This document shows, piece after piece, positions 8,372 through 17,723 of a stretch of DNA of 64,000 bases. Every line of letters begins with the position of its first letter. Position 1 is the first letter of the stretch. A model generated the notes under the pieces. It had not been told where the DNA came from. It ran no database searches and saw only the letters and a list, made by a program, of their open reading frames with translations. The position numbers and the translations under genes were made by a program. This DNA comes from Phaeovulum sp. (GTDB lineage Bacteria; Pseudomonadota; Alphaproteobacteria; Rhodobacterales; Rhodobacteraceae), in assembly GCF_047638075.1 (NCBI RefSeq), contig NZ_JBLJBV010000041.1:4560-68559 (forward strand). Direction: 5' to 3'.

Positions 8372-10702
8372 TCACTCAAAATACGGGGCCAATTCCTCGT
8401 CAAAGGATTCGACCTGCGCGGGGCCGACATAATTTTTCAGCTCTCGCATATCGACATCGCCCAACACCATGCCCAACACCCGCGATGACAGTTCCGGCTC
8501 TTGCTCCAGGGTTTCGCTGATCAGGCCATAGGGGGTCTTGCCCCATAGCGCCAACAAGACGACCTGATCAACCAGCGCAATCAGCTCTCTTGCGTCCACC
8601 ACCGGGCCCAGCGGGCCAAGATCCACGACCACATGACTATATTCGCGCGCCGCGGCGATCAGGAATTCGCGCATCATACGCGATGACAGCACATCGGCAG
8701 GGTGCGATAGGGTCGCTTTTCCCGACCAGCCGATTGCCTCGACATTCGTCCCCGCAATGCTGACGCGGCAATCGCGCCAATCGGCACTGCCCTCGATGAC
8801 TTCCGCAAGATCACCTTTGGCACCCAGCCCCAGCAGACGGCTTAGCTGCTGGCTACGGGGGTCGCCATCAATCAACAGCACATTATGCGACGAAACCGAC
8901 AGTATCCCGGCCAGATCAGCCGCCAGCGCCGTCTTGCCCACGCCCGGCAAAATGGAGGTGACGCCAATCACCGTTCCACCCTGCCCGGGCAATACGGTCG
9001 ACGAAATATGGCGAATGGTGCGCAGGGTTTCGCTGTAACGGGTTCGGGGCGCGGTGATATGCGCCAGCGGATACTGAATCAGTTGCGCCCCCATAGCCGC
9101 CGTGTCCTTTGCAGACTCGGGTGCCGCCTCATAGTTGCGTCCGGCAACGGGCAAAGGCGGCAGATACCCCAGAAACCTGAGCTTCAGGCCATCGGTCACA
9201 TCTGCGGCGGTGCGCACATACCTTTCGCGCCATTCGCGCAATCCGGCATGCGCCAGCCCGGCCATCAGGCCCAGCACGATCATCAGCGCCAGCACCCTTT
9301 TGGCCGAGGGCGACGCCGCCCCGCGCGGAATTTCCGCAGGGGTCAGCACCCGGATCTGACTGCCCGAATAAAGGCGTAGCTGCTCGGCCCCCTGAAACTG
9401 GCTCAGGAACGTCTCATATAGCCGCATCAGCGTGTCTGTTCGCTGCTTCAACAGGCGATATTCAATCTGTGCGCGCAACGCCTCTGAGTTTTCCTCGTTC
9501 AGCGGCACGATCGCGTCGCGCAAGGATGCCACGCGGGCCTCGGCCACCGCCAGCTCGCCTCGGGCGACCTCGGCCTGGCGTTCCATCTCGGCGTAAAGGC
9601 GTTGCGCGGATTGTTCGATCTGTGCATCCAGAACCGCTATCTGCGGATGGTCCGCACCAAAGTTGCGCATGACGCCATCCCGGCGTTGGGTCAGGGTCGA
9701 CAGGGCCTGCCCCATCTCGGTCAGACGGGTATCGCCGGGTAGGCTTAGCCGGCCCCCCGCGCCACCCGTTAGGGCCGCCACCCCGCGCGCCAGGGCCCCG
9801 TCATAGCTGGCCACCAGGGCGCGGCTGCGGGCAGCCTCGGCCCGCGCCATCGAAAGTTCGGCGTTCAGGCGGTTCAGGTTTTCTTCGGTGATCAGCCGGT
9901 CGCCGGTGGCGACAAGACCGGCCTTGGCGCGGAAGGTCTCGGCATCCATCGCGGCCTTTCGGGCGTCGGTTTCAAGATCGGCCAGCCGGGTTTGCAAAAA
10001 CTTCGTCGTGCGTGTCGTCGCCTCGAACGTCGTGCTTAGCTGATCCGAGGTATAGGCTTCGGTATAGGCGTTGACAATCTGCGCTGCCAACGCGGGGTCA
10101 TGCGACTCGAACTCGATCTGCAGGGCGGTGCTGCGGCCGATCCGCTCGATGATCAGGTCACCTTGCAGGCTGCGCGCCGCCTTATCCCGTAGCGCCTGAT
10201 CGGCGGCATCCGCTGACCCGCCAGTGCCGGGGCCAAAATCGGGCTTTGGCGACAACATATCCAGCGCGGCCCGAACCGTCCCGGTCAGCGTATGCAAGGT
10301 GCGCGATGCCAGCGACGCAGGCGGCGTCATGAACGCCGCTTTTTCGCGCAGCGCAAGGATATCATCAACCCGCAACGCCAGATCGCGTGACCGGAAAACC
10401 TGCTGGGCCGTTTCCACCGACGCATCCGAGACGGTTTCCGTCACCGCCACGTTATCAACCTGTCCCGTGGACTGCCCCGCCAGAAGAACCGTCGCGGCCG
10501 CACGATAGCTGGGCGGGGTCGTTGCCAGATAGACCAGGCCCAGCACACAGAACCCGGCGATCCACAATAGCAAGACCCGCCGCTGACGGCGCGCCGCCTG
10601 CGCAAGTTTGCCAAAGTCAATCAAGACATCACCGCCGCCGGGCTGCGGGTTGGCGGTATTTCTTGTGTCGCTATCCGACATTCTGAATCGAAAATCACTC
10701 AT
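8372..10702 (-). CDS. exoP: Polysaccharide co-polymerase / chain-length determinant with a C-terminal BY-kinase-like P-loop ATPase (ExoP/GumC type)
   Basis: Wzz-like N-terminus with a TM helix (RRVLLLWIAGFCVLGLVYLATTPPSY), a long coiled-coil periplasmic region, a second TM helix, then Walker A GVTSILPGVGKTALAADLAG and LLIDGDPR. The start is moved to MSDFRF (cat at 10700-10702), giving an ATGAGTGA overlap with the exoM stop. The track's 937-aa version adds an Arg-rich extension that overlaps exoM. Confidence 0.85.
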   Translation of the reverse strand: MSDFRFRMSDSDTRNTANPQPGGGDVLIDFGKLAQAARRQRRVLLLWIAGFCVLGLVYLATTPPSYRAAATVLLAGQSTGQVDNVAVTETVSDASVETAQQVFRSRDLALRVDDILALREKAAFMTPPASLASRTLHTLTGTVRAALDMLSPKPDFGPGTGGSADAADQALRDKAARSLQGDLIIERIGRSTALQIEFESHDPALAAQIVNAYTEAYTSDQLSTTFEATTRTTKFLQTRLADLETDARKAAMDAETFRAKAGLVATGDRLITEENLNRLNAELSMARAEAARSRALVASYDGALARGVAALTGGAGGRLSLPGDTRLTEMGQALSTLTQRRDGVMRNFGADHPQIAVLDAQIEQSAQRLYAEMERQAEVARGELAVAEARVASLRDAIVPLNEENSEALRAQIEYRLLKQRTDTLMRLYETFLSQFQGAEQLRLYSGSQIRVLTPAEIPRGAASPSAKRVLALMIVLGLMAGLAHAGLREWRERYVRTAADVTDGLKLRFLGYLPPLPVAGRNYEAAPESAKDTAAMGAQLIQYPLAHITAPRTRYSETLRTIRHISSTVLPGQGGTVIGVTSILPGVGKTALAADLAGILSVSSHNVLLIDGDPRSQQLSRLLGLGAKGDLAEVIEGSADWRDCRVSIAGTNVEAIGWSGKATLSHPADVLSSRMMREFLIAAAREYSHVVVDLGPLGPVVDARELIALVDQVVLLALWGKTPYGLISETLEQEPELSSRVLGMVLGDVDMRELKNYVGPAQVESFDEELAPYFE

Positions 10703-11681
10703 ACCTATCGGAACCTTTGGGCGTGTTTGGGGCCATTGGCGGGCGGTCAGTCTGACCTGTATCCGGCGCACCGTAAATGCTTGGCTGCGCCAACCCCACC
10801 AAATTCGCCATGACACCAACGTGAAGTGCTGCGCGCACGATATTGCCGTTTCTGGCCTTTGCTGACGGGAATTGCACCGTAGCGGCCGCCATGCACCATG
10901 CGGCCTTGGCCAGCGCCACGGCAAACCGCGCCGCCTTGGCGGTTGGCGTAGCGTCCGCATAGTGCAGGCTGGCATAGGTCTGGCCCATGCGGTAGCGACG
11001 GCGCAGCAGCCAGCCCAGACGCGCGCGGGCGTCGGGCACCTCTTCGCTAACCAGCGCGTCCCTGGCGAAAGACAGCCGGGCGCCTCGGCTGCGGGCCGCC
11101 TCAAACCAGGCGCTGTCTTCGCCGCCCGACCGCCCGCGCGCCGGATCAAAGCGCAGGCCCGCAAACGCAGGCGCCGCGCAATCAATCATCGCATTGCAGC
11201 TATGGCCCGCAATGGGGCGCCCATCAGGCCCGGTTTCGGGCCAGGTATCATGCGCCCGCGCCGCCTGCATCCATTCTGGCGCGCCGGGGCGATAGGTTGC
11301 CCGCACCGGCCCCATCACCGCATCGGCCCGGTCTTCGGTCATCCGCGCATCCAGCCGCGCAAGCCAGTCCGGCGCTGCAATCTCATCATCATCAATAAAC
11401 GCAAGCCGCGCCGCGCCGGCCCGCTCAGCGGCCTCCAGAATGGCGTTGCGCGCAACCGCGATATTGCGCGCCGGGGCATGCAGATATTCCACCCCGTGGG
11501 CCGTGCGGGCGGCGAATTTCGCCACCAACCCCGCCGCAGTCGGGCTGTCGTCATTATCGGCCACAATGATCCGCAGCGCCGCACCCTTTGGCACATGCTG
11601 CCGGGCGAGGCTGCCGAGCGTATCAGCCAGCGTTTCGCGCCGAAAGGTGCAGACCCCGATGGCGATCAAACGGGCGCTCAT
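10695..11681 (-). CDS. exoM: Glycosyltransferase family 2 (ExoM-like beta-1,4-glucosyltransferase)
   Basis: MSARLIAIGVCTFRRETLADTLGSLARQHVPKGAALRIIVADNDDSPTA, FIDDDE and SGGEDS. The C-terminal FPSAKARNGNIVRAALHVGVMANLVGL matches my memory of S. meliloti ExoM. ATGA overlap with the exoA stop at 11678-11681. Confidence 0.8.
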   Translation of the reverse strand: MSARLIAIGVCTFRRETLADTLGSLARQHVPKGAALRIIVADNDDSPTAAGLVAKFAARTAHGVEYLHAPARNIAVARNAILEAAERAGAARLAFIDDDEIAAPDWLARLDARMTEDRADAVMGPVRATYRPGAPEWMQAARAHDTWPETGPDGRPIAGHSCNAMIDCAAPAFAGLRFDPARGRSGGEDSAWFEAARSRGARLSFARDALVSEEVPDARARLGWLLRRRYRMGQTYASLHYADATPTAKAARFAVALAKAAWCMAAATVQFPSAKARNGNIVRAALHVGVMANLVGLAQPSIYGAPDTGQTDRPPMAPNTPKGSDRYE

Positions 11682-12685
11682 GGTGCGGCCCTTTGCGCGG
11701 GGGCACGCCGGAAAAGCCCTGTCCAGAACCCGAACGACCACGCCAGATGCATCAGCGCCGCAACCCCCCCGGCGGCAAGGCCGGTCCAGCCGTGCCCCCG
11801 CAAAGCCAGCGCCAGACCACCCCCCAGACAGCCCGCCAACCACACCGCCGCAGGCAGCGCAAACATCGGATGCACAAAGCCCAGCACGGCCAGTAGAACC
11901 GCAGGCACCACAGCAATCACCACCGCTTGCCGCATCCGGGGGCGTATCTGGTGCTTGATCAGCGTCTGCGCCCGGCCGCGCCCGAAATTGCGATACTGAC
12001 GTATCAGCGAAAAGGCGGTATCGCGCGGCAGATAATCCAGCCCGGTGCGCCCCGTCAGCCATATCTTCCCGCCCGCCGCCCCAAGGCGCAAATCCAGCTC
12101 GGCATCCTCATTATGCGAAAACGCCGGGTCATAGCCGCCAACCGCGCGAAACGCACTGACCCGCATCAGCGCGTGATGCCCATGGTCCACCACCTTGCCC
12201 GCCGCCCCGATGCGGTGCGCCGCGCCGCCGTTACCGATCCGCGTGTTCTGCGCCAACGCCACCGCGCGCTGAAACGGCGTTCGCCCAACCGCGCGCATCG
12301 CCACCACGACACTATCCGCGCCGGTAACTGCGGCCTCGTTCAGCAGGACATCGCAATAATCGCCGGGATAAACCGCATGGGCATCAACCCGGATCAACCA
12401 TTCCGCGGCATCGCCAAACCGCTGCACCGCAAGGTTGACCGCGGCACCTTGGATGCGCGCCGGGTTATCCAGCAGGTGCAGCGCGCCATTGGGCAGCGTT
12501 GCTGCGCCAACAATAGGGCGCGTCGCGTCTGACGATCCGCCATCCACCACGATCACGCTGACATCGCGCGCCGCCACCGCTGCGTGCTGGCAAAACGGGC
12601 GCAACCCCTCGATCACCGCGCCGATATGCGCCGCCTCGTTCAGCGTCGGGATGACGATCAGCACTTTGCCCGGCCCCACGTTCAT
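11678..12685 (-). CDS. exoA: Glycosyltransferase family 2 (ExoA-like) with C-terminal TM helices
   Basis: KVLIVIPTLNEAAHIGAVIEGL, VIVVDGGSSDATRPIV and HNEDAELDLRL, with a hydrophobic C-terminal third. ATGA overlap with the exoL stop at 12682-12685. Confidence 0.75.
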   Translation of the reverse strand: MNVGPGKVLIVIPTLNEAAHIGAVIEGLRPFCQHAAVAARDVSVIVVDGGSSDATRPIVGAATLPNGALHLLDNPARIQGAAVNLAVQRFGDAAEWLIRVDAHAVYPGDYCDVLLNEAAVTGADSVVVAMRAVGRTPFQRAVALAQNTRIGNGGAAHRIGAAGKVVDHGHHALMRVSAFRAVGGYDPAFSHNEDAELDLRLGAAGGKIWLTGRTGLDYLPRDTAFSLIRQYRNFGRGRAQTLIKHQIRPRMRQAVVIAVVPAVLLAVLGFVHPMFALPAAVWLAGCLGGGLALALRGHGWTGLAAGGVAALMHLAWSFGFWTGLFRRAPAQRAAP

Positions 12686-13854
12686 GTCGTCAACCCGCCC
12701 GCGCGCAGCAGCCGCAGCCCGCGGCCCGGCATATCCGCGCCCAGTGCTGCCACCAGATCGCGGCATTCTTCGGGGTCCGTGCGCCAGACGGCGGGCGCGA
12801 CATCGGCCTGCGCCTGACGCAAGGCCGCCAGCCGCGCACCGTCAACCTGCGCCAGCATCAACGAGGCCGCCGCAACCGTGGCCTCCTTTAGCCGCAGGCC
12901 GATTTCCAGCCGCTCGGCCATCCGCGCCACCTCGGTCCCGGCAAGGCAGATCGGCGGGACAACGTTCAACCCGCTTTCATAAAGCCTGTTTGGCAGCAGC
13001 CAGTCTGAATTCGCACCCTTTTCATAGCGGTCCACCAGCCAGGCAAGATCCACCTCGCCGTAAATCCGCGCAAGGTCGTCGGGGTAGGCGTAAGGCCCGG
13101 CAAAGTGAAGATCCGGGTTTGCCGCAACAACCGCGTCAAAATCGGGCAGCACGTCATAGGCGGGCTGGCCGCGCAGCATCACCTTGTAGCGCCCAGGCGC
13201 CGCGCGTGTCACCGCATCCAGACAGGCCAGCGAGAACGCGCAGCGCAGAATACCAAACCAGCCGATAACCAGCGGCCCCCCCCTGGCCAGCAGCAGACGG
13301 CGGCCCTGCGCCCCGGCCTCATCCGGCCCGGCCATAACCTTGTTTTCAACCAGCAGAACCGGCGCACGGGTCTGGCGGTATGTATCGAAATACTGCGTCA
13401 CGAACGCGGGCGATGACACAAGCACAAGGTCGACCGCCCGGCACCATCTGCGTTCCAGCGCGCGCAGGGTGCGCCCGATCATATCGCCGCGCAACATCAG
13501 CCGGTGAATATCGAGCACCTCATAAACCAGCCGCGGCGCCTGCCCGCCCCTGCGGCCCGCTCGGTCCGCAATCACCACGGCCAGCGCCAGCGTTTCCAGA
13601 TTGCGCGCGATGATCGCGTCAAAGCCCCGGCCATCCGGCAGGGTGGCGCCCTGCCTTGCGCGCAACACAGCGATCACCCGCTGGCTCATCCGGGCATTGC
13701 GCGTGCGGCCCAGAACGCGCGCCGCACCGGGTAGCGGCCCCTCCCCCCGGCGAAACCCGGCAACCGTTACCACGGCCCCGCCACGGCGCAGCATCGCAAC
13801 ACGCCGCCAGATGGCCGGATCGTCAAGATTATGGGCAATATATAGAACCTGCAC
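12682..13854 (-). CDS. exoL: Glycosyltransferase, ExoL-like (GT-B fold)
   Basis: MQVLYIAHNLDDPAIWRRVAMLRRGGAVVTVAGFRRG at the N-terminus. About 390 aa, lying first in an L-A-M order as in the S. meliloti exoL-exoA-exoM block. Family call is from memory and synteny. Confidence 0.6.
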   Translation of the reverse strand: MQVLYIAHNLDDPAIWRRVAMLRRGGAVVTVAGFRRGEGPLPGAARVLGRTRNARMSQRVIAVLRARQGATLPDGRGFDAIIARNLETLALAVVIADRAGRRGGQAPRLVYEVLDIHRLMLRGDMIGRTLRALERRWCRAVDLVLVSSPAFVTQYFDTYRQTRAPVLLVENKVMAGPDEAGAQGRRLLLARGGPLVIGWFGILRCAFSLACLDAVTRAAPGRYKVMLRGQPAYDVLPDFDAVVAANPDLHFAGPYAYPDDLARIYGEVDLAWLVDRYEKGANSDWLLPNRLYESGLNVVPPICLAGTEVARMAERLEIGLRLKEATVAAASLMLAQVDGARLAALRQAQADVAPAVWRTDPEECRDLVAALGADMPGRGLRLLRAGGLTT

Positions 13855-13974
13855 GATCGGTTTCTGCTCCGTTTCAGTCCGACCGGCATGATGGGTTGCG
13901 GTCCTGTTTTGCTGGGCGGCACATTAGCATGAACTGACCGGGGCGCAGCCGCGAACAGCCTTGGGGCGGCGCTG

Positions 13975-14961
13975 TTAGCTGAATTCCGCCGGCCCCGCGC
14001 GGCCGCAACGCACAAAATGACCGGGCCCCACCTCGATCAGATCAGAGGGGGCGGGGGCGGAATAGACATCCGGCCGGCTGATATCATCGGGGTGAAACCG
14101 ATACCCCGCCGGCGGATTGGGCGCGGTGTTCAGGTTAGCGCGTTTATCCGGGTGCAGCACCGTATCAGGATCAGGGATGGTTGAAATCAGCTTGCGCGTA
14201 TAGGGATGCGTCGGATTGGAAAAGATCGCGTCCCAGCGGCCAAGTTCAACTATCTGGCCAAAATACATCACCGCCACACGGTCGCTCATGTGTTCGACCA
14301 CGCCCAGATCATGGCTGATCATCACGAATGACAGGGAAAGTTCTTCTTGCAGGTCCAAAAGCAGGTTGATGATCTGCGCCCTTACCGACACATCCAACGC
14401 CGAGACCGGCTCATCCAACATCAGGATGCGCGGGTTCAGGATCAGCGCCCGCGCGATGCCAATCCGCTGACGCTGGCCGCCGGAAAACTCATGCGGGTAG
14501 CGTTCGGCAAATTCGGGGCGCAGATCGACCTTTTTCAGGATATCCTCGATCCGGTCGTCGACCTCGCTTTTTGCGGTGGTGCCGTGCAGGCGCAACGGGG
14601 CCGCCAGTGATCCGCGCACCGTCTGGCGCGGATTAAGCGAGGCGTAGGGGTCTTGAAACACCATCTGCGCGATGCGCGCCCGGTCCATCCGGCTGGGGGC
14701 ATTGGCGCCGATGATCGACTTTCCCTCAAACAGGATATCCCCCGAGGTGGGTTCCTGAAGGCCCATGACCGCCAGCGCCGTGGTGGATTTCCCGCACCCC
14801 GATTCCCCAACGATAGACAGGCATTCGCCCTTTTGAAGGTGCAGGTTCACCCCGCTGACCGCCCGCAAAAGCCGCTTGTTACGGGCTAGAAACTGGCTTC
14901 CAACAGGGAAATGCACATGCAGATCCTGAATCTGCAACAGCGGCGCTGGCGGTCTGGTCAT
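13975..14961 (-). CDS. Peptide ABC transporter ATP-binding protein (DppF/OppF type)
   Basis: Walker A GESGCGKST, signature FSGGQRQRIGIARAL and Walker B LMLDEPVSALD, with an oligopeptide C-terminal domain. Confidence 0.9.
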   Translation of the reverse strand: MTRPPAPLLQIQDLHVHFPVGSQFLARNKRLLRAVSGVNLHLQKGECLSIVGESGCGKSTTALAVMGLQEPTSGDILFEGKSIIGANAPSRMDRARIAQMVFQDPYASLNPRQTVRGSLAAPLRLHGTTAKSEVDDRIEDILKKVDLRPEFAERYPHEFSGGQRQRIGIARALILNPRILMLDEPVSALDVSVRAQIINLLLDLQEELSLSFVMISHDLGVVEHMSDRVAVMYFGQIVELGRWDAIFSNPTHPYTRKLISTIPDPDTVLHPDKRANLNTAPNPPAGYRFHPDDISRPDVYSAPAPSDLIEVGPGHFVRCGRAGPAEFS

Positions 14962-15905
14962 GGCCTGCCCCCGCTGCCGGGCGCCTTGGCGCGCAGATGG
15001 GCGTTGCGTTCCGCGTTGCGGGGCTGAAAACAGAATTCCTGCGTCAGGCTTTCCTTATCCGTGATCAGGCTGTCGATATCGACCAGCCGCTGGCGCCCAT
15101 GGTCGTGGCGCGACCCAAGCCGCGGCAGGGCCCCCAACAGACCCTTGGTATAGGGGTGGCGCGGCGTGGCGAACAGATCATAGGTATCGCGTTCCTCGAC
15201 CAGCCGCCCGGCATACATCACCCCGACCCGCTGGCACATATTGGCGATCACGCCCAGATCGTGGCTGATCAGCAGTACGGCGGTGCCCCGCGCGGCGCAA
15301 AGTTCCGCGATCAGCTTCAGCACCTCGGCCTGCACCGTCACATCCAGCGCGGTGGTCGGTTCGTCCGCGATCAGCAGATCGGGGTTGCAGGCCAGCGCAA
15401 TGGCGATCATCACCCGCTGACGCATACCGCCCGACATCTGGAACGGATAGGCCTTGACCCTTTGTTCGGGTGCGGGAACCTTGACGCTGGCCAGCGCGTC
15501 GATAGCCAGCTTATGCGCCTCGTCCCAGCTTTTGCCCTGATGCAGCACGAACATTTCGGCAATTTGGCGCCCCACAGTGGCCAGCGGGTTCAGCGCCGTC
15601 ATCGGTTCTTGAAAGATCATCGCAATCCGGTCGCCGCGCAGATCGCGCATGGCCCGTTCCGACAGGCCGCGCAGATCCTTGCCCTTGAACAGGATCTGCC
15701 CCTCGGTAATTGCCAGCGGCCGTTTCAGCAGCCGGATCATCGACAGCGCCGTCAGGCTTTTGCCTGACCCCGATTCACCGACCAGCCCGAACGCCTCGCC
15801 CGGCAGGATCTTAAGGCTGACATCGCGCACGATCCCCACAGTTCCGCGGCGCGCGGGGATGCCGACATGCAGGTGGCGCAGTTCCAATAGCGGTTCCATG
15901 CTCAT
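14958..15905 (-). CDS. Peptide ABC transporter ATP-binding protein (DppD/OppD type)
   Basis: [23 protein letters not shown] and [11 protein letters not shown]. 4-nt overlap with the downstream ATPase. Confidence 0.9.
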   Translation of the reverse strand: MSMEPLLELRHLHVGIPARRGTVGIVRDVSLKILPGEAFGLVGESGSGKSLTALSMIRLLKRPLAITEGQILFKGKDLRGLSERAMRDLRGDRIAMIFQEPMTALNPLATVGRQIAEMFVLHQGKSWDEAHKLAIDALASVKVPAPEQRVKAYPFQMSGGMRQRVMIAIALACNPDLLIADEPTTALDVTVQAEVLKLIAELCAARGTAVLLISHDLGVIANMCQRVGVMYAGRLVEERDTYDLFATPRHPYTKGLLGALPRLGSRHDHGRQRLVDIDSLITDKESLTQEFCFQPRNAERNAHLRAKAPGSGGRP

Positions 15906-16726
15906 GTCCGGCGCGTCCGCATATGCGGGTCAAGCATGTCGCGCAGCCCGTCACCCAGCAGGTTGAACCCCAGCACCGTCATGAAAATCGCCATCCCCGG
16001 CGCGACCGCCGCCCAAGGCGCAATCACGATCAATTCGCGTGAATCGGTCAGCATCGAACCCCAGCTTGGGAACGGCGGGCGAATACCAAGCCCCAGAAAC
16101 GACAGTGCCGCCTCGGCCAGGACGGCCGCACCAATGCCCAGCGTGCTGATCACCAGAATCGGCCCGACCATGTTGGGCAAAAGCTGCGTCGCCATGATGC
16201 GGATATCGGAATATCCCAGCGTCTGCGCCGCCAGCACATAGCCATTCCCCTTTAGCGACAGCGTGGACGAGCGCGCAATGCGGCAGGTCCAGGACCAGTT
16301 GGTCAGCCCCAGCGCAATCAAGAGGCTGGGCAGGCCCGGCCCCAGGATCGCCATGATCGCCAGCGCGAAAATCAGCGACGGAATTGCCAGCATCACGTTG
16401 GTCAGCCCGTTGACCAGATCATCCCACCAGCCGCCCCAATAGGCCGCCGAAATGCCCAGCGACAGCCCAATGACCGAGTTGATAAGCTGCGACACCACCC
16501 CGACCGTCAGCGAAATGCGCGCGCCATAAAGAACGCGGGTAAACACATCGCGGCCCTGCGCATCGGTGCCAAACCAGAAGGTGCCGTCAGGCGGCATCTC
16601 TGCGCTCATCAGATCGGCGTCAAACACCGGATCGAACGAGGTCAGCAGCGGCGCGAAAATGCCGCCCGTAATCACCAGAACGCACAAGAAGCTGCCGATC
16701 CAAAGGTTAAGATTAATGCCCCTCAT
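15902..16726 (-). CDS. Peptide ABC transporter permease (DppC type)
   Basis: BPD_transp_1 EAA-type loop AAQTLGYSDIRIMATQLLPN. The start is set at MRGINL (cat at 16724-16726), giving an ATGA overlap with the upstream permease stop. Confidence 0.85.
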   Translation of the reverse strand: MRGINLNLWIGSFLCVLVITGGIFAPLLTSFDPVFDADLMSAEMPPDGTFWFGTDAQGRDVFTRVLYGARISLTVGVVSQLINSVIGLSLGISAAYWGGWWDDLVNGLTNVMLAIPSLIFALAIMAILGPGLPSLLIALGLTNWSWTCRIARSSTLSLKGNGYVLAAQTLGYSDIRIMATQLLPNMVGPILVISTLGIGAAVLAEAALSFLGLGIRPPFPSWGSMLTDSRELIVIAPWAAVAPGMAIFMTVLGFNLLGDGLRDMLDPHMRTRRT

Positions 16727-17658
16727 GTCTGTTTGATCCTTGGGTCGATCGCCGCATAGATGATGTCGACGAAGGTGTTGATCAGCAAGAACCACAGCAC
16801 GATCACCAAAATCGTGCCCTGCACCACCGGAATGTCGCGGATCGACACTGAATCAACCAAAAGCGTGCCGATACCGGGCCAGGAGAACAGCTTTTCAATG
16901 ACCACCGCCTGCCCCATCATTGACCCGAATTGCAAGCCGATGGTGGTCACGACCAGCACCATGACGTTGCGGGTCAGATGCCAGCGGATCACGCGGGCGT
17001 TGCTCATGCCCTTGGAATGGGCGGTGCGGATGAAATCCTCGTTCATGATTTCCAGCACCCCGGCGCGGGTGGTGCGCGCCAACAGCGCCAGCGGCGTCAC
17101 GCCAAGCGCGATAGAGGGCAGGATCAGGTATTTCAGCGCGCCACCGCCGTAGCCGAAACTGGGCAGCCAACCCAGCACCAGCGCAAAGAAATACATCAGC
17201 AAAAGCCCAAGCCAGAATTGTGGCAGCGACAGGCCCGACACCGCCCCCACCATCGTCACGGAATCCAGCATACTGCCCGGCCGCAACGCTGCGATGAAAC
17301 CCAGCGGAACCCCCACCACGATCGCCAGCCCCATCGCCGCGATCGACAGCTTCAGCGACGGCCAGATACGCGCCTTGATCACCGTCGTCACCGGCTGACG
17401 GGTGCGAAACGAGGTGCCAAGGTCGAACTTGGCCAACCCGACCAGATAAATCCCGAACCGTTCGTAAACCGGTTTGTCGAGCCCGAATTCCTCATTCAGG
17501 CGGGCCATCAGTTCAGGGTCGCCGGCGGTTTTGCCATCGGCCGACATGCTGGACGCAAAGCTGCCCGGAATCACGCTGAACAGCACAAAGATCAGCAACG
17601 CCACCGCGATAAGCGTCGGGATCACCTGCAACAGGCGCCGGATGGTAAAACGCAGCAT
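16723..17658 (-). CDS. Peptide ABC transporter permease (DppB type)
   Basis: MLRFTIRRLLQVIPTLIAVALLIFVLF is a typical DppB N-terminus. The EAA loop reads IRTAHSKGMSNARVIRWHLTRN. Confidence 0.9.
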   Translation of the reverse strand: MLRFTIRRLLQVIPTLIAVALLIFVLFSVIPGSFASSMSADGKTAGDPELMARLNEEFGLDKPVYERFGIYLVGLAKFDLGTSFRTRQPVTTVIKARIWPSLKLSIAAMGLAIVVGVPLGFIAALRPGSMLDSVTMVGAVSGLSLPQFWLGLLLMYFFALVLGWLPSFGYGGGALKYLILPSIALGVTPLALLARTTRAGVLEIMNEDFIRTAHSKGMSNARVIRWHLTRNVMVLVVTTIGLQFGSMMGQAVVIEKLFSWPGIGTLLVDSVSIRDIPVVQGTILVIVLWFLLINTFVDIIYAAIDPRIKQT

Positions 17659-17678
17659 GGCCTAGGCCCTTCTGTGCC

Positions 17679-17703
17679 CTGCGGCCCCGTCAAGGGGCCG
17701 CAG
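17679..17703 (-). promoter_or_regulatory. Intercistronic stem-loop between the binding-protein and permease genes
   Basis: Perfect 10-bp stem ctgcggcccc / ggggccgcag with the 5-nt loop gtcaa. No U-tract follows, so this is more likely an mRNA-stabilising or attenuating hairpin than a full terminator. Confidence 0.4.
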
Positions 17704-17723
17704 ATGCGTTTGAATGACCGGGG

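Noticed and set aside
10703-11185. N-terminal 161 aa of the 937-aa track ORF for the ExoP-like protein
   Set aside because: The extension is Arg/Ala/Pro/Trp-rich and overlaps the well-supported exoM coding frame. The start at 10702 (MSDFRF) gives an ExoP-sized 777-aa protein and a classic ATGAGTGA stop/start overlap.
10872-11999. 375-aa + strand ORF antisense to exoM/exoA
   Set aside because: Composition is extremely Arg/Pro/Gly-rich with no motifs. It is fully antisense to two genes with strong GT2 signatures.
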